Origin: Candidatus Poseidoniales archaeon
GTDB taxonomy: Archaea; Thermoplasmatota; Poseidoniia; Poseidoniales; Thalassarchaeaceae
NCBI GenBank assembly: GCA_012959435.1
Contig: DUDF01000074.1
Location: 37,234-101,233 of the forward strand
DNA length: 64,000 nt
Direction of reading: 5' to 3'
In this document: piece after piece, positions 48,150 through 57,126 of the stretch
How positions within the stretch are numbered: position 1 is the stretch's first letter
How the letters are laid out: the number at the start of each line of letters is the position of its first letter
Program-made: the position numbers and the translations under genes
Notes under the pieces: generated by a model
Database searches by the model: none
Told to the model about the DNA's origin: nothing
The model's input: the letters and a program-made list of their open reading frames with translations, nothing else

Positions 48150-50075
48150 TTGGTGGAGGGTATGAGTAGACGAACAATTCTCCAACAACAACTGGAGAAA
48201 AGCAAGCGGTTATTGTCGAAACGGACTTCTAATCCGACCGGTTCTAAGTTGGATTCACCTCAACCATCCCTTGGGAAATATGTTCGAAGAGGCAAACCAC
48301 CTCAAGTGGGTAATCCATTTGATGGCCCATTTCTGCATTCAACTTCAACCGCAGTCAAAAAGAAAACGGGGGATTTTGGTACCATTGCGTCTCAAAGGCT
48401 CAAGAGGATGCGCCAGGGTGTGGAAGCAGAGGCGCCAATGATTGACATTGACCAAGCCCCTCTAGAGACAAACCCTAACTTCCCTGCATGGGTACACTCA
48501 GACGTTGAAGACACAGACAATAGAAACTCCTCAACACCGTTGTGGCGCGAAGTCCTATCCGAGCAGAGAGAGCATGTAAGGCCGAGTGAATCTGCTCGCT
48601 TGCATCATTCTGAACTTACCGGTACAGTTCCACCCACTGTTGAATCACCGTTGAATATGATGGCAGAAGAGTTGGCTATTGGTCGGCCTCAATGGCCTTC
48701 CATCTTTACACCTAACCAAAACTTCACTTGGAGTAATTGGCAAGTTGGGCCCAACAACCGTTTGGCGAGTACTGCTGGAAATGAGGTGATAACTCACCCA
48801 TCTGAACGAGCAAATCCTCTCATTATTATTGGAGGAGAAGGTGTCGGAAAAAGTCATATTTTGAGGGCAATCGGATCATCGATGCATACTAGGTCACCAG
48901 AAGGCGAAGTCCGAATCATTACAGGGGGTTCATTTCCTTCCCAGTTATCTGATGATTGGGTAGATGCGATACAGGGTTGTAGTACACTTCTTATTGATGA
49001 TATTCAATTGATTAGCTACGATGGAGAAGAAAACCTAGGTATTATCATTGACAGTTGTCTTAATTTTGGAGTTCAAGTGGTAATCACTTCTAGTGAAAGC
49101 TGCAATTATTCAGGGTTACTAGGTGGTGCACTAAGGTCATCTGTTGAAGTCAATATAGGTGATCCAGATGTTATGACATTGGTACTTTTTATGAGGCACC
49201 GAGCCTTGGTTAGGGGTCTCTCTCTATCAGATGAACAATTGCGAGCAATTGCAGTTGCATCTGATGGTGATTGGAGTGTGACAGAATCTGGTTTTGAGGC
49301 GGTAGCACTAGCAATTGAGGCAGGGGCTGAGCCGTTTGGAGTCGGCGATATTGAAACAATACTTTCGGGAGAAGAATTAGTCATGCGTGGTGATGATGGC
49401 CTAATCGCTTGGGATACTGAAAGAACAGGACAGCAAATTGTTCGTGAGGTGCTTGACCATGTATTGCCCAAGGAGCACCAACCAAATGTTGATATTATCA
49501 GTGAGTTGGAATCAATTGTTGATGATTATCAACCCCCAGAGTTAATGCCTGATACGAGTAGAGATGCAGTAGATTCACTTATTGAGAGGCATCTTGGTCG
49601 TGAGAAAGGTGCCCTAGAAGATGCTCGTGATAGAATTGAGGAGTCAGGACTTCCCACTACATTAGAACAACCAAGAGGCGAAGTCCCCAATATTGATTTG
49701 ATGAGTGAAGGATTCCTTGATCGGTTAGAATCTAGACTCCATAGGCATCAAGATGAATTATTTTCTTTACACGGTCAGATGGAGGATATTTCGAGTAAAA
49801 TTGAGAATGCTGAACCAAAGGAATTGGTTGAAATGGCCGATAAAATGCTTGAAATTGAGCGTAAACTATCTCGCATTTCAAAATTGGGAGCAGGCGAATC
49901 TCTGAAGAGTAGAACAAAGCCAGAACGCCCTTACGAAGCATCTGGGATAGAGGAATACATTCCAGAAACGGAATGGGATATTGATGAAGAATCAGTATTT
50001 GCAGATGATTTGTTAGCACCTGCGGCTCCTTTACGACCGGTGGTAATTCTCAGGGTCGATGACTCTGAAGAATGA
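48150..50075 (+). CDS. DnaA/Hda-like AAA+ ATPase-domain protein with no recognisable DnaA domain IV, 641 aa (alternative start ATG 48162)
   Basis: 'FTWSNWQVGPNNRLASTAGNEVITHP..ANPLIIIGGEGVGKSHILRAIG' (Walker A at 48831-48857), 'LLIDDIQLI' (Walker B ~48987-49013), 'GVQVVITSS', 'LRSSVEVNIGDPDVMTLVLFMRHRA...GLSLSDEQLRAIA'. These are co-linear with DnaA domain III boxes. Confidence 0.65.
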   Translation: MVEGMSRRTILQQQLEKSKRLLSKRTSNPTGSKLDSPQPSLGKYVRRGKPPQVGNPFDGPFLHSTSTAVKKKTGDFGTIASQRLKRMRQGVEAEAPMIDIDQAPLETNPNFPAWVHSDVEDTDNRNSSTPLWREVLSEQREHVRPSESARLHHSELTGTVPPTVESPLNMMAEELAIGRPQWPSIFTPNQNFTWSNWQVGPNNRLASTAGNEVITHPSERANPLIIIGGEGVGKSHILRAIGSSMHTRSPEGEVRIITGGSFPSQLSDDWVDAIQGCSTLLIDDIQLISYDGEENLGIIIDSCLNFGVQVVITSSESCNYSGLLGGALRSSVEVNIGDPDVMTLVLFMRHRALVRGLSLSDEQLRAIAVASDGDWSVTESGFEAVALAIEAGAEPFGVGDIETILSGEELVMRGDDGLIAWDTERTGQQIVREVLDHVLPKEHQPNVDIISELESIVDDYQPPELMPDTSRDAVDSLIERHLGREKGALEDARDRIEESGLPTTLEQPRGEVPNIDLMSEGFLDRLESRLHRHQDELFSLHGQMEDISSKIENAEPKELVEMADKMLEIERKLSRISKLGAGESLKSRTKPERPYEASGIEEYIPETEWDIDEESVFADDLLAPAAPLRPVVILRVDDSEE

Positions 50076-50130
50076 GCCATACATTCATCTTGAATGAAAG
50101 ATGATGTTGACAAAGTGAATTCATAAATGT

Positions 50131-50610
50131 TCAAATAAATCTGAATCCTTTCTCAGCAATACGGTCAGCTTCTAAATTCAACTTGATTGAATCACCATGA
50201 ATTTCGATTGCGTCAGCATGGTCAATTCCAGGGCATAGTGCTTTGGTTTTCTCCCACGCCCTACTCGAAACTAGATTTTCCCGCCAAAAAGGAAAGGCTG
50301 AACATTGGGCCGGTTTCGCCTCATAAATACTACAAGTTTTTTCACCTGTTAAGTAGATACAACGACCATCTTCTGGTTTAGATTCTAATACAAATCTTCC
50401 ATCAAAACTAGTACGGCAGTTTTTCGTTAGCCATTGCTTTAAACTAACTTCAAGGTGTTTTGCAATTCTTTCAGCATCTTCGCGTGAGAGGTACACGATT
50501 CCCCCAGGCTCATCACAACAGCGCCCACAGTCAGGAAGACAAGTGAAGTTAACGCCACTCTCCCACCAAGGCTCCTCTCGGCTGCCGAATTTCCGCTTCC
50601 ACCCAGACAT
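50131..50610 (-). CDS. YkgJ-family (CxxCxxCC) zinc/iron-chelating cysteine-cluster protein
   Basis: 'CLPDCGRCCDEPGG' and 'CIYL...KTCSIYEAKPAQCSAFPFW'. Confidence 0.65.
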   Translation of the reverse strand: MSGWKRKFGSREEPWWESGVNFTCLPDCGRCCDEPGGIVYLSREDAERIAKHLEVSLKQWLTKNCRTSFDGRFVLESKPEDGRCIYLTGEKTCSIYEAKPAQCSAFPFWRENLVSSRAWEKTKALCPGIDHADAIEIHGDSIKLNLEADRIAEKGFRFI

Positions 50611-50761
50611 CTTCTCAGTTGCAGGGGTGGCTATGTGGCTGTAATTGTTATGTGTGTGGTGATGAAGAATAAAATTTATTTTTTTTTAGGATTCAGTTGG
50701 CACATCATGTGATTTTTATTGCGTTGCCCTTATACCAAAGACTAGACTGAGGTGAATTCCC

Positions 50762-50772
50762 GGAGGAGGTGA
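50762..50772 (+). promoter_or_regulatory. Shine-Dalgarno-like GGAGGAGGTGA 7 nt upstream of the citrate synthase ATG
   Basis: Read directly. It shows that at least some genes in this genome use SD-type initiation. Confidence 0.45.
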
Positions 50773-50779
50773 TTGCCAA

Positions 50780-51958
50780 ATGAGTGATAGTGAGGATGAA
50801 CCAACATTGTTTGAAGTTAAGGAGAGTCACTTGGATACTGGATTACGAGGTATTCCGGTCGGCACTTGCCGAACTTCATTCGTTGATACAATAAAAGGAG
50901 TTCATTATGTCGGCTACCCAATTACTGACCTTGCCGAAATGGATCCAGAAGATATCATCTTTCTGCTTTTTGAAAAGCGTCTGCCAAATCGTCATGAGTC
51001 CCAAGAATTCCGCAAAGATTTGGCGGCTCGGGCAGAAGAGATGCCTGCGGGTACACTTCGTGTTCTAGAATCTTTGACTCCTGGTAGCGGGCATCCAATG
51101 GATTGGTTAGCACTCGGTATCCAAGCATTGGGGATTGCTGATACAACCGGTGATGTCCGAGAAGATGGCCTCAATTTAATTGCAAGAATGCCGGAGTTAA
51201 TGGCAACAATATTCCTTTTGCGCGGTGGTCATGGATTGCCAGAAGCAGGTAGTGAACCAGGAAGAGGGATGGTTGAGAATTTCGTTCATTTATTGGGTAA
51301 ATCAGGGGCTGATTCAGACAAGATGATTCGCGTACTACGTACCTTCTTAGTGCTACACATGGACCATGGTGGTGGTAATCTATCCACCTTTTCAGGGAAA
51401 TGTGTCGCTAGTGGTAAGGCTAGTCTCTATGCATCAATGTCAAGTGCAATGAATGCACTATCAGGTCCTTTGCATGGGAGAGCTAATCAGTCATGTCTTG
51501 AGTTCATCCAAAGAATTGGAACTAGTGACCCTGAGAAGGTGGAAAAGTTCGTTCGAAGTGAATTAGCAGCAAAGCGACCTGTTTACGGTTTTGGCCATGC
51601 TGTGCTTAGGGCAGAAGATCCTAGGGCTGCGGCTCAAATCGCACTGGGTTCAGAGGTTTGTCCTGATGATAATAATTTCAAAATCGTGAAGGTATTAAGG
51701 GAAATTGCACCAAAAGTGCTTGCTGAAAATCCAAAGATAAGTAACCCTTTTGCAAATGTTGATGTTGCTTCAGGCACACTATTACACGCTGTAGGATTCC
51801 ATAAACCGGAGTATTTCACAACATTCTTCGGATGGGCTAGAATTGCCGGAATTAGTGCGCAAATTATCGATGAGCGCAGGGCAAGAGGTGGCCGCGGAGT
51901 ACCTATTTACCGACCAAAATATATTGGTCGTGACCAGCCAGTTCAGCGGCTTGAATAA
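50780..51958 (+). CDS. Citrate synthase family protein (citrate or 2-methylcitrate synthase)
   Basis: 'LVLHMDHGGGNLST' and 'GFGHAVLRAEDPRA' are the catalytic His contexts. Also 'FFGWARIAGISAQIIDE'. Confidence 0.85.
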   Translation: MSDSEDEPTLFEVKESHLDTGLRGIPVGTCRTSFVDTIKGVHYVGYPITDLAEMDPEDIIFLLFEKRLPNRHESQEFRKDLAARAEEMPAGTLRVLESLTPGSGHPMDWLALGIQALGIADTTGDVREDGLNLIARMPELMATIFLLRGGHGLPEAGSEPGRGMVENFVHLLGKSGADSDKMIRVLRTFLVLHMDHGGGNLSTFSGKCVASGKASLYASMSSAMNALSGPLHGRANQSCLEFIQRIGTSDPEKVEKFVRSELAAKRPVYGFGHAVLRAEDPRAAAQIALGSEVCPDDNNFKIVKVLREIAPKVLAENPKISNPFANVDVASGTLLHAVGFHKPEYFTTFFGWARIAGISAQIIDERRARGGRGVPIYRPKYIGRDQPVQRLE

Positions 51959-51974
51959 TCTCAACCAATTTATT

Positions 51975-53030
51975 TTACTTGAAATTGGTTTTTCCAGCAC
52001 CACGGTGACCAATTATTCGCGGCACTTCCCATGGAATTTGATTTTCATTAGTTGAGTCTAATAATTCATCTACAGAGCGACCCCATTGCCAGCGCTTTCT
52101 CTGAGCAGAAAGCAATTCTTTTCGGCTATCATTTGTCATTTCATGCCACGGGATATGTTGCCCGTCAAAGAGAGGTTCACTAGCTGGTCTAGTTATCCTA
52201 GGTGAGCCGCCTGGAAGGTGAGTGATTTTAGGAGATGAGTCATCTGTTAGGGCCGTGAGACCTGCATCAAGAATTAACTTTTCATGAGGTACCCGAACTG
52301 GCCAAACAAAGGCTGGAAATCCTTTCCTCGCTTTGGTTAGTTTTTCAAGTCCTTTTCCTGTGAGTGATACACTTGTTCCTAGTGTCAGATGTCGATTCAT
52401 TCCATGTAAGTAATCTAGAGTACAAGGGATCATTGGAGCCCCCCATTTCTGATGCTTACGCATTAATCTAGGCAATGAGTGGGCTATGAAAGATGGTGCA
52501 GCAATTGCTCGTTGTAAATTACCGGAACCCCATTCTCTCAATGTAGGCATTAAGCGGGCTTTGGGATGTTGCCAACCCGCTGCTTTGACTGCTGGTAGAA
52601 ATTTTTTGTCAAAGGAATACAGAACAGTAGTCCCTTCAGGAAGTTCAAATTGAGAAATAGCATCATCAACCATCTTAACCATAGATGAAATGTATTCAAC
52701 CCGTTTTGAACCACCTCTCCAACCCCCGCCAATTCCACTACTTGGGTGGGGTGATTTCAGTTCAATACAAACAGTCTTGCCTTGTTCTTGCCAAGGGTTT
52801 GTGAAATCTTTTCTTGCCAGTAAATCATCAAATTTATCGGCAAATGGCTTCATTTCGTTACTACTCAATAATTCGACATAATTATCATCTTTTGTGGTGT
52901 TATCATGATGCAGTACCAATTCTCCATCAGTAGTTAATCTGAGGTCAAATTCAACACCATCAAAATGATTGATGCCGTAACAAAGTGCTTCAACAGAATT
53001 TTGTCTCGGTTGTACCCAAGTCACACCCAC
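51975..53030 (-). CDS. Glycerophosphodiester phosphodiesterase (GDPD) family protein, apparently circularly permuted
   Basis: The N-terminus begins at 'QPRQNSVEAL...GVEFDLRLTTDGELVLHHD' (GDPD 'PENT...E.D...T.DG..V.HD'), then 'VCIELKSP' and '...GLTALTDD'. The 'PRIIGHRGAGK' motif, which normally opens the domain, is the extreme C-terminus (HRG codons at 51999-52007). Confidence 0.7.
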   Translation of the reverse strand: MGVTWVQPRQNSVEALCYGINHFDGVEFDLRLTTDGELVLHHDNTTKDDNYVELLSSNEMKPFADKFDDLLARKDFTNPWQEQGKTVCIELKSPHPSSGIGGGWRGGSKRVEYISSMVKMVDDAISQFELPEGTTVLYSFDKKFLPAVKAAGWQHPKARLMPTLREWGSGNLQRAIAAPSFIAHSLPRLMRKHQKWGAPMIPCTLDYLHGMNRHLTLGTSVSLTGKGLEKLTKARKGFPAFVWPVRVPHEKLILDAGLTALTDDSSPKITHLPGGSPRITRPASEPLFDGQHIPWHEMTNDSRKELLSAQRKRWQWGRSVDELLDSTNENQIPWEVPRIIGHRGAGKTNFK

Positions 53031-53128
53031 TCCCCCTTACTCTCCGTTACAGGGTCTACACTTGAACCTAAAGGGGTACTATTGTGATTGGTGGAACCAT
53101 CATAGTCTGTGGCTGACTTCGGAGAAAC

Positions 53129-54958
53129 ATGGCAGATAGTGAAGCAAGTCAATCAATGAGTGATGCGGCTACTGCGGTTGGGGAAATAGTTGGATTACAA
53201 CAAGATGACAACTCGAAACAAATCCGCGGCTATTGCATGTATGATTGGGCCAAATCTGCTTTTGAAACCAGCGTTACAGTTGCAATTCTTCCGGCGTGGT
53301 TTGCCTACCTTTTCTTGGAAGCGAATGGCATCTCAGTATCAACTGGATTAGGAGAAATGACCTCAGATACTTTCTGGGCTTGGGCAATGACTGGTGCTGC
53401 CTTACTGGTGGCTGTACTAAGTCCTGGATTTGGTGTAATAGCAGACAGAACGAAAATCAAGATTAAAATGTTGAAAATTCTAACTTGGGTTGGGGCAGGT
53501 TCGGTCACCTTACTTGCGTTAGCCCCGCTATTTTCAATATCATACCAATGGGTCTGGCTATTTGTGATGTTTTTGTTTGCAAATATTGGTTTAAACGGTG
53601 CTGGAGTATTCTACAACTCCCTACTGCCTCACCAAGGGTCAGAGCAACAGATGGATGGCATTTCTAACAAAGCGTACGCTTACGGTTACCTCGGTGGAGG
53701 GATACTACTGGTGTTCCACTTAGTCCTAGTTATGGGTGTTTCAGGTGCTTGGGTGATACCATTCTGTATGGCCACTTCAGGGCTCTGGTGGTTTGGATTT
53801 GCATTTTGGACATTTGCAACAGTACCTGAACCAGAAATTGAAAATGAGGTTGAAGATTTGGATGTTACATCTGCCACCAGATTGGCAATAAAAGAATTGA
53901 AGAAAACATTGAGTGAATGGCGTTCATTCAAGACTCTATTCATTTACATGCTTGCATATTTCTTCTTCATTGATGGAATCAACAGCGTAACTGCGCTTGC
54001 AGGAGTGTACGGAGTTGCTGTTCTCGGTCTTTCAATCACCGATCTTATTATCACAATTGTTGTAATTCAATTCGTCGCTTTCCCATCCGCATACTTCTTC
54101 ACTTCACTATCCAATGGAGGGAAAATTCCCATACCTAATCCGTTTAATAGATTTAAATTAATCATAATTAATGGAATTGGAACCAAGAAAGCACTAATGG
54201 TGTCTTTAGTTGGTTGGTGTTTCATGATAGGAGGTGCTCTTGCTTTTGCACCATTAGAATTAGAAAACCATGAAGATTATGATTTCCAGTTTGATTCGGT
54301 GGATGACTATTACGAAGTCAGAATGCTTGACTATGAGGTTCTTGGAGACGGCTCATCAGACCGTGCCCTTGAAGCACAATTTGGCCACTTTTTCCCGACA
54401 GAAGAGGATGGTGTTGGTAATGCCACTTTGGAAGAAGTTACTTTGTTCATGGGGTCATTAGACGATTCACGTTTTTCTGCTTCAGTAAATGGTAGTGTTG
54501 GCCTAAATGGAACGACTTCCTTAGGTGTTGACCATCCAACTAGTCTAGGTGATGGTAAACTCGATTCTATTGGCATTAGTGCAAGAGAATTGGTGTGGGC
54601 TCCACTAGGCCTTAGTGTAACAATGCAATTTCTACTCTTGGGATGTCTTGCTGGAGTTCTAATGGGGGGTTCTCAAGGACTTGCTCGAAGTCTATTTGGG
54701 AAAATGATTCCAGAATCTAGAAGCACAGAGTTCTTCGGCTTTTTCGGATTCTTTGGTAAAGTAGCGGCGCTAATTGGACCTATGATGTATGGTATACTGT
54801 CAACGATGTATGACAGCAGGGTTGCGGTAGCCAGTTTGTCAATTCTGATAATTACGGGAACAGTCATGATGTTCTGGGTTAATGTTGATGATGGTATTGC
54901 TGTGGCAAATGCAGAAGATGAGCGTAATCGAGCCAAGAAGGCTGACACTACTGATTAG
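53129..54958 (+). CDS. MFS transporter, UMF1/Atg22-like family, with a large inserted soluble loop
   Basis: 'YCMYDWAKSAFETSV' is typical of UMF1. About 12 TM segments. A ~130-aa acidic insertion lies at ~54250-54640. Confidence 0.7.
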   Translation: MADSEASQSMSDAATAVGEIVGLQQDDNSKQIRGYCMYDWAKSAFETSVTVAILPAWFAYLFLEANGISVSTGLGEMTSDTFWAWAMTGAALLVAVLSPGFGVIADRTKIKIKMLKILTWVGAGSVTLLALAPLFSISYQWVWLFVMFLFANIGLNGAGVFYNSLLPHQGSEQQMDGISNKAYAYGYLGGGILLVFHLVLVMGVSGAWVIPFCMATSGLWWFGFAFWTFATVPEPEIENEVEDLDVTSATRLAIKELKKTLSEWRSFKTLFIYMLAYFFFIDGINSVTALAGVYGVAVLGLSITDLIITIVVIQFVAFPSAYFFTSLSNGGKIPIPNPFNRFKLIIINGIGTKKALMVSLVGWCFMIGGALAFAPLELENHEDYDFQFDSVDDYYEVRMLDYEVLGDGSSDRALEAQFGHFFPTEEDGVGNATLEEVTLFMGSLDDSRFSASVNGSVGLNGTTSLGVDHPTSLGDGKLDSIGISARELVWAPLGLSVTMQFLLLGCLAGVLMGGSQGLARSLFGKMIPESRSTEFFGFFGFFGKVAALIGPMMYGILSTMYDSRVAVASLSILIITGTVMMFWVNVDDGIAVANAEDERNRAKKADTTD

Positions 54959-54987
54959 AACTAACCATCAACAGATGTTGAATGGCT

Positions 54988-55785
54988 TCAACCGAAGACC
55001 CGGTCAAGGATGAGAGCTACTTCGAATAGAATTAGCATGGGGCCAGAGACTAGAAACATCGATAGTGGGTCTGGTGGAGAAAGCATTGCTCCAACACAGA
55101 AACCAGCAAACCAAAAGTGTCGCCTACATTGGGTTAACATATCTCGCTCAACTAATCCCCCACGAAGAGAAATTAAGGTTACAAGTGGGACCTGGAAACC
55201 GATGGCTGCACCGAGGCACAGGCTTGCAATGAAACCGATCCAAGCGGCTAATTGCCAGGTAGTAGTTGCTCCAATTGCTGCAGCGTCTGCTTGTAGATAT
55301 TCGAGTAAAATAGGTAGTAGGAAATCAACCACATACCATATACCTGCAATGCCCAGTAAGATTGCACACAGTAATGCCAAAATAACACTACTGAATGAAG
55401 AAACATTTGACAATTCTACACCCTTTAATTGTGCTTTAAATTGTTCACTACGGGCGGCCAGTAATGATGCTTCAAACGTTACTGTAAGGACCACTAGTAA
55501 TACTGCAAAATGAGCAGCCAGTCTTAGTTGGAGAATAACGACTTCTAAGGGTTGTAAAACAACAATAGAAACGTCATTTGGCACTAAACTTGCTTGTCCA
55601 AGTAACCATGTCAAAGCCATTCCTGCTAATGGATAACCAACAATTATACCTACGAAAAATGTCATGGCGAAGCGTTTCACTCTTGTTCTGAAAAAATCAC
55701 TTGCAGAAGTCAGCATTTCGCCTTGTTCACTATCCAGTAAGGACTCTAGGTCGCGAGCTAAGGTTTCTGTCCCAGCAACCACCAT
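54988..55785 (-). CDS. tatC: Twin-arginine translocase subunit TatC
   Basis: Six-TM profile with 'FFVGIIVGYPL' and 'GAMLSPPDPLSMFLV'. Confidence 0.8.
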   Translation of the reverse strand: MVVAGTETLARDLESLLDSEQGEMLTSASDFFRTRVKRFAMTFFVGIIVGYPLAGMALTWLLGQASLVPNDVSIVVLQPLEVVILQLRLAAHFAVLLVVLTVTFEASLLAARSEQFKAQLKGVELSNVSSFSSVILALLCAILLGIAGIWYVVDFLLPILLEYLQADAAAIGATTTWQLAAWIGFIASLCLGAAIGFQVPLVTLISLRGGLVERDMLTQCRRHFWFAGFCVGAMLSPPDPLSMFLVSGPMLILFEVALILDRVFG

Positions 55786-55812
55786 TGACTACTGCGAGAC
55801 GGCTCTCCCCCA

Positions 55813-57021
55813 TCATATTTGAGGGATGGAGGGCAGGCGTGGTTTTGGCTTAGATTCCTTCTTTGGAGGAGTTGGAATCGTTGGTAGTGAAGGTGGTGTG
55901 CGGGCATTTGTTGCTGGGGTAGGTGCCGTTTTTCTTTCTTTCTTGATTACAGGCATTGGAGGTGCATCAGTGAATTCGATAGGTCTGCCGAACAGAGTCC
56001 AAGAATTCAACTCAATGTCAAATACTGCTTTGTCAGGTAATCCGCTAGGCCGAGTTGGCATAGCTCCACTCTGCGCTTCTTTCACCTGAGGTACAACAGG
56101 GGTTTCAACTGGTTTCACATATTTGTTTTCGACAGGGGGAGTCTTTACTTCAACAACCACCGGTTTGGGGATAGATTGCTTAGTAGGTGTACTAGGGAGG
56201 CTTGGCAAGGATGGTTTCTCTTTGGTTTCGGGGACAGATATCTCTTCAGAATTAATTGTGACATCATCTTCGGACCAAGGCGAATCATCAAGCCAGCCTA
56301 GTTCATCATTTTCGGAGACTTCTTCATCCTGTACATCTTGTTCAGTTGATTCAACGATTGACTCAGTTAGGTCAATAACTTCCGTGTCATCATAAGTGGA
56401 GGTCACAGTATCGTGGCTATCTAGAGTGATATCTTCAGTTTCCTCTTGAATTATTTGGCCTTTGATTAACTCGTCATCAACTCCCATTTCTAGAGCCACC
56501 GCTTTCATTTCCCCAAGTGCATCGGCAATAATATCTGCAGCCGGAGTGTCGCCACCACCGACAATATTTGACACGATAGCGGCTGTAGTGGGGTTCACAA
56601 CACTTAACCCGCCGGGCTTTGATACAGATACTTGACCAGATTCTAGTTGCTCACGCTGTGAATCTGCGCTAATTTTCGAAGGCCCTGCGATGGATTCTCG
56701 TTGTCTGAGGCCAATAATTGCGATCACCAATGTTACCACCATCAGAAATATCATAGCGAATTCTTGGCCAGTGAAGGACCCAGCATCAGACCAAAAACCA
56801 CCTTCTTTGTATGGTAAATTCAATGTCTGTCTGATGTATTGTAGGAGGTGGAATTTCTGTCCCCTACTTCCACTACCAATGAGGCCGGCGGGGAACAATC
56901 CAAGTATCCCATTTAGCAGAACACCCAAAAATTGGGATATGGAAATGACCATTGCGAGTTTGCCAATTTTCGGATATCGCCTCTCCATCAACCTCTCCCC
57001 AGATATCCGTGATAGACTCAT
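55813..57021 (-). CDS. Hypothetical membrane protein with acidic and proline-rich C-terminal regions, immediately upstream of tatC
   Basis: Two N-terminal TMs, an Asp/Glu-rich central region, and a C-terminal 'PSLPSLPSTPTKQSIPKP...PPSLPTIPTPPKKESKPKP'. Start is uncertain (the ATG at 56988 is possible). Confidence 0.4.
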   Translation of the reverse strand: MSLSRISGERLMERRYPKIGKLAMVISISQFLGVLLNGILGLFPAGLIGSGSRGQKFHLLQYIRQTLNLPYKEGGFWSDAGSFTGQEFAMIFLMVVTLVIAIIGLRQRESIAGPSKISADSQREQLESGQVSVSKPGGLSVVNPTTAAIVSNIVGGGDTPAADIIADALGEMKAVALEMGVDDELIKGQIIQEETEDITLDSHDTVTSTYDDTEVIDLTESIVESTEQDVQDEEVSENDELGWLDDSPWSEDDVTINSEEISVPETKEKPSLPSLPSTPTKQSIPKPVVVEVKTPPVENKYVKPVETPVVPQVKEAQSGAMPTRPSGLPDKAVFDIELNSWTLFGRPIEFTDAPPMPVIKKERKTAPTPATNARTPPSLPTIPTPPKKESKPKPRLPSIPQI

Positions 57022-57126
57022 CCATATTCAAGGCTCGCTTCGTGAGTGTGACAACACATGTTTGCTTAGATACTCCCGGACGGGGGAGTTGTGATATGAC
57101 AAAAGCGAGTCGCCTGTTGTGGGAAG

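Noticed and set aside
55010-55513. Plus-strand 167-aa ORF antisense to tatC. Similar antisense ORFs occur at 61340-61732 and 61768-62022 (grpE), 62744-63259 (radical SAM/pdxT), 58937-59317 (DRG), 31588-32040 (cca) and 27718-28074 (PolD).
   Set aside because: In every case the opposite strand carries a gene with strong family motifs, and the antisense translations are motif-free.
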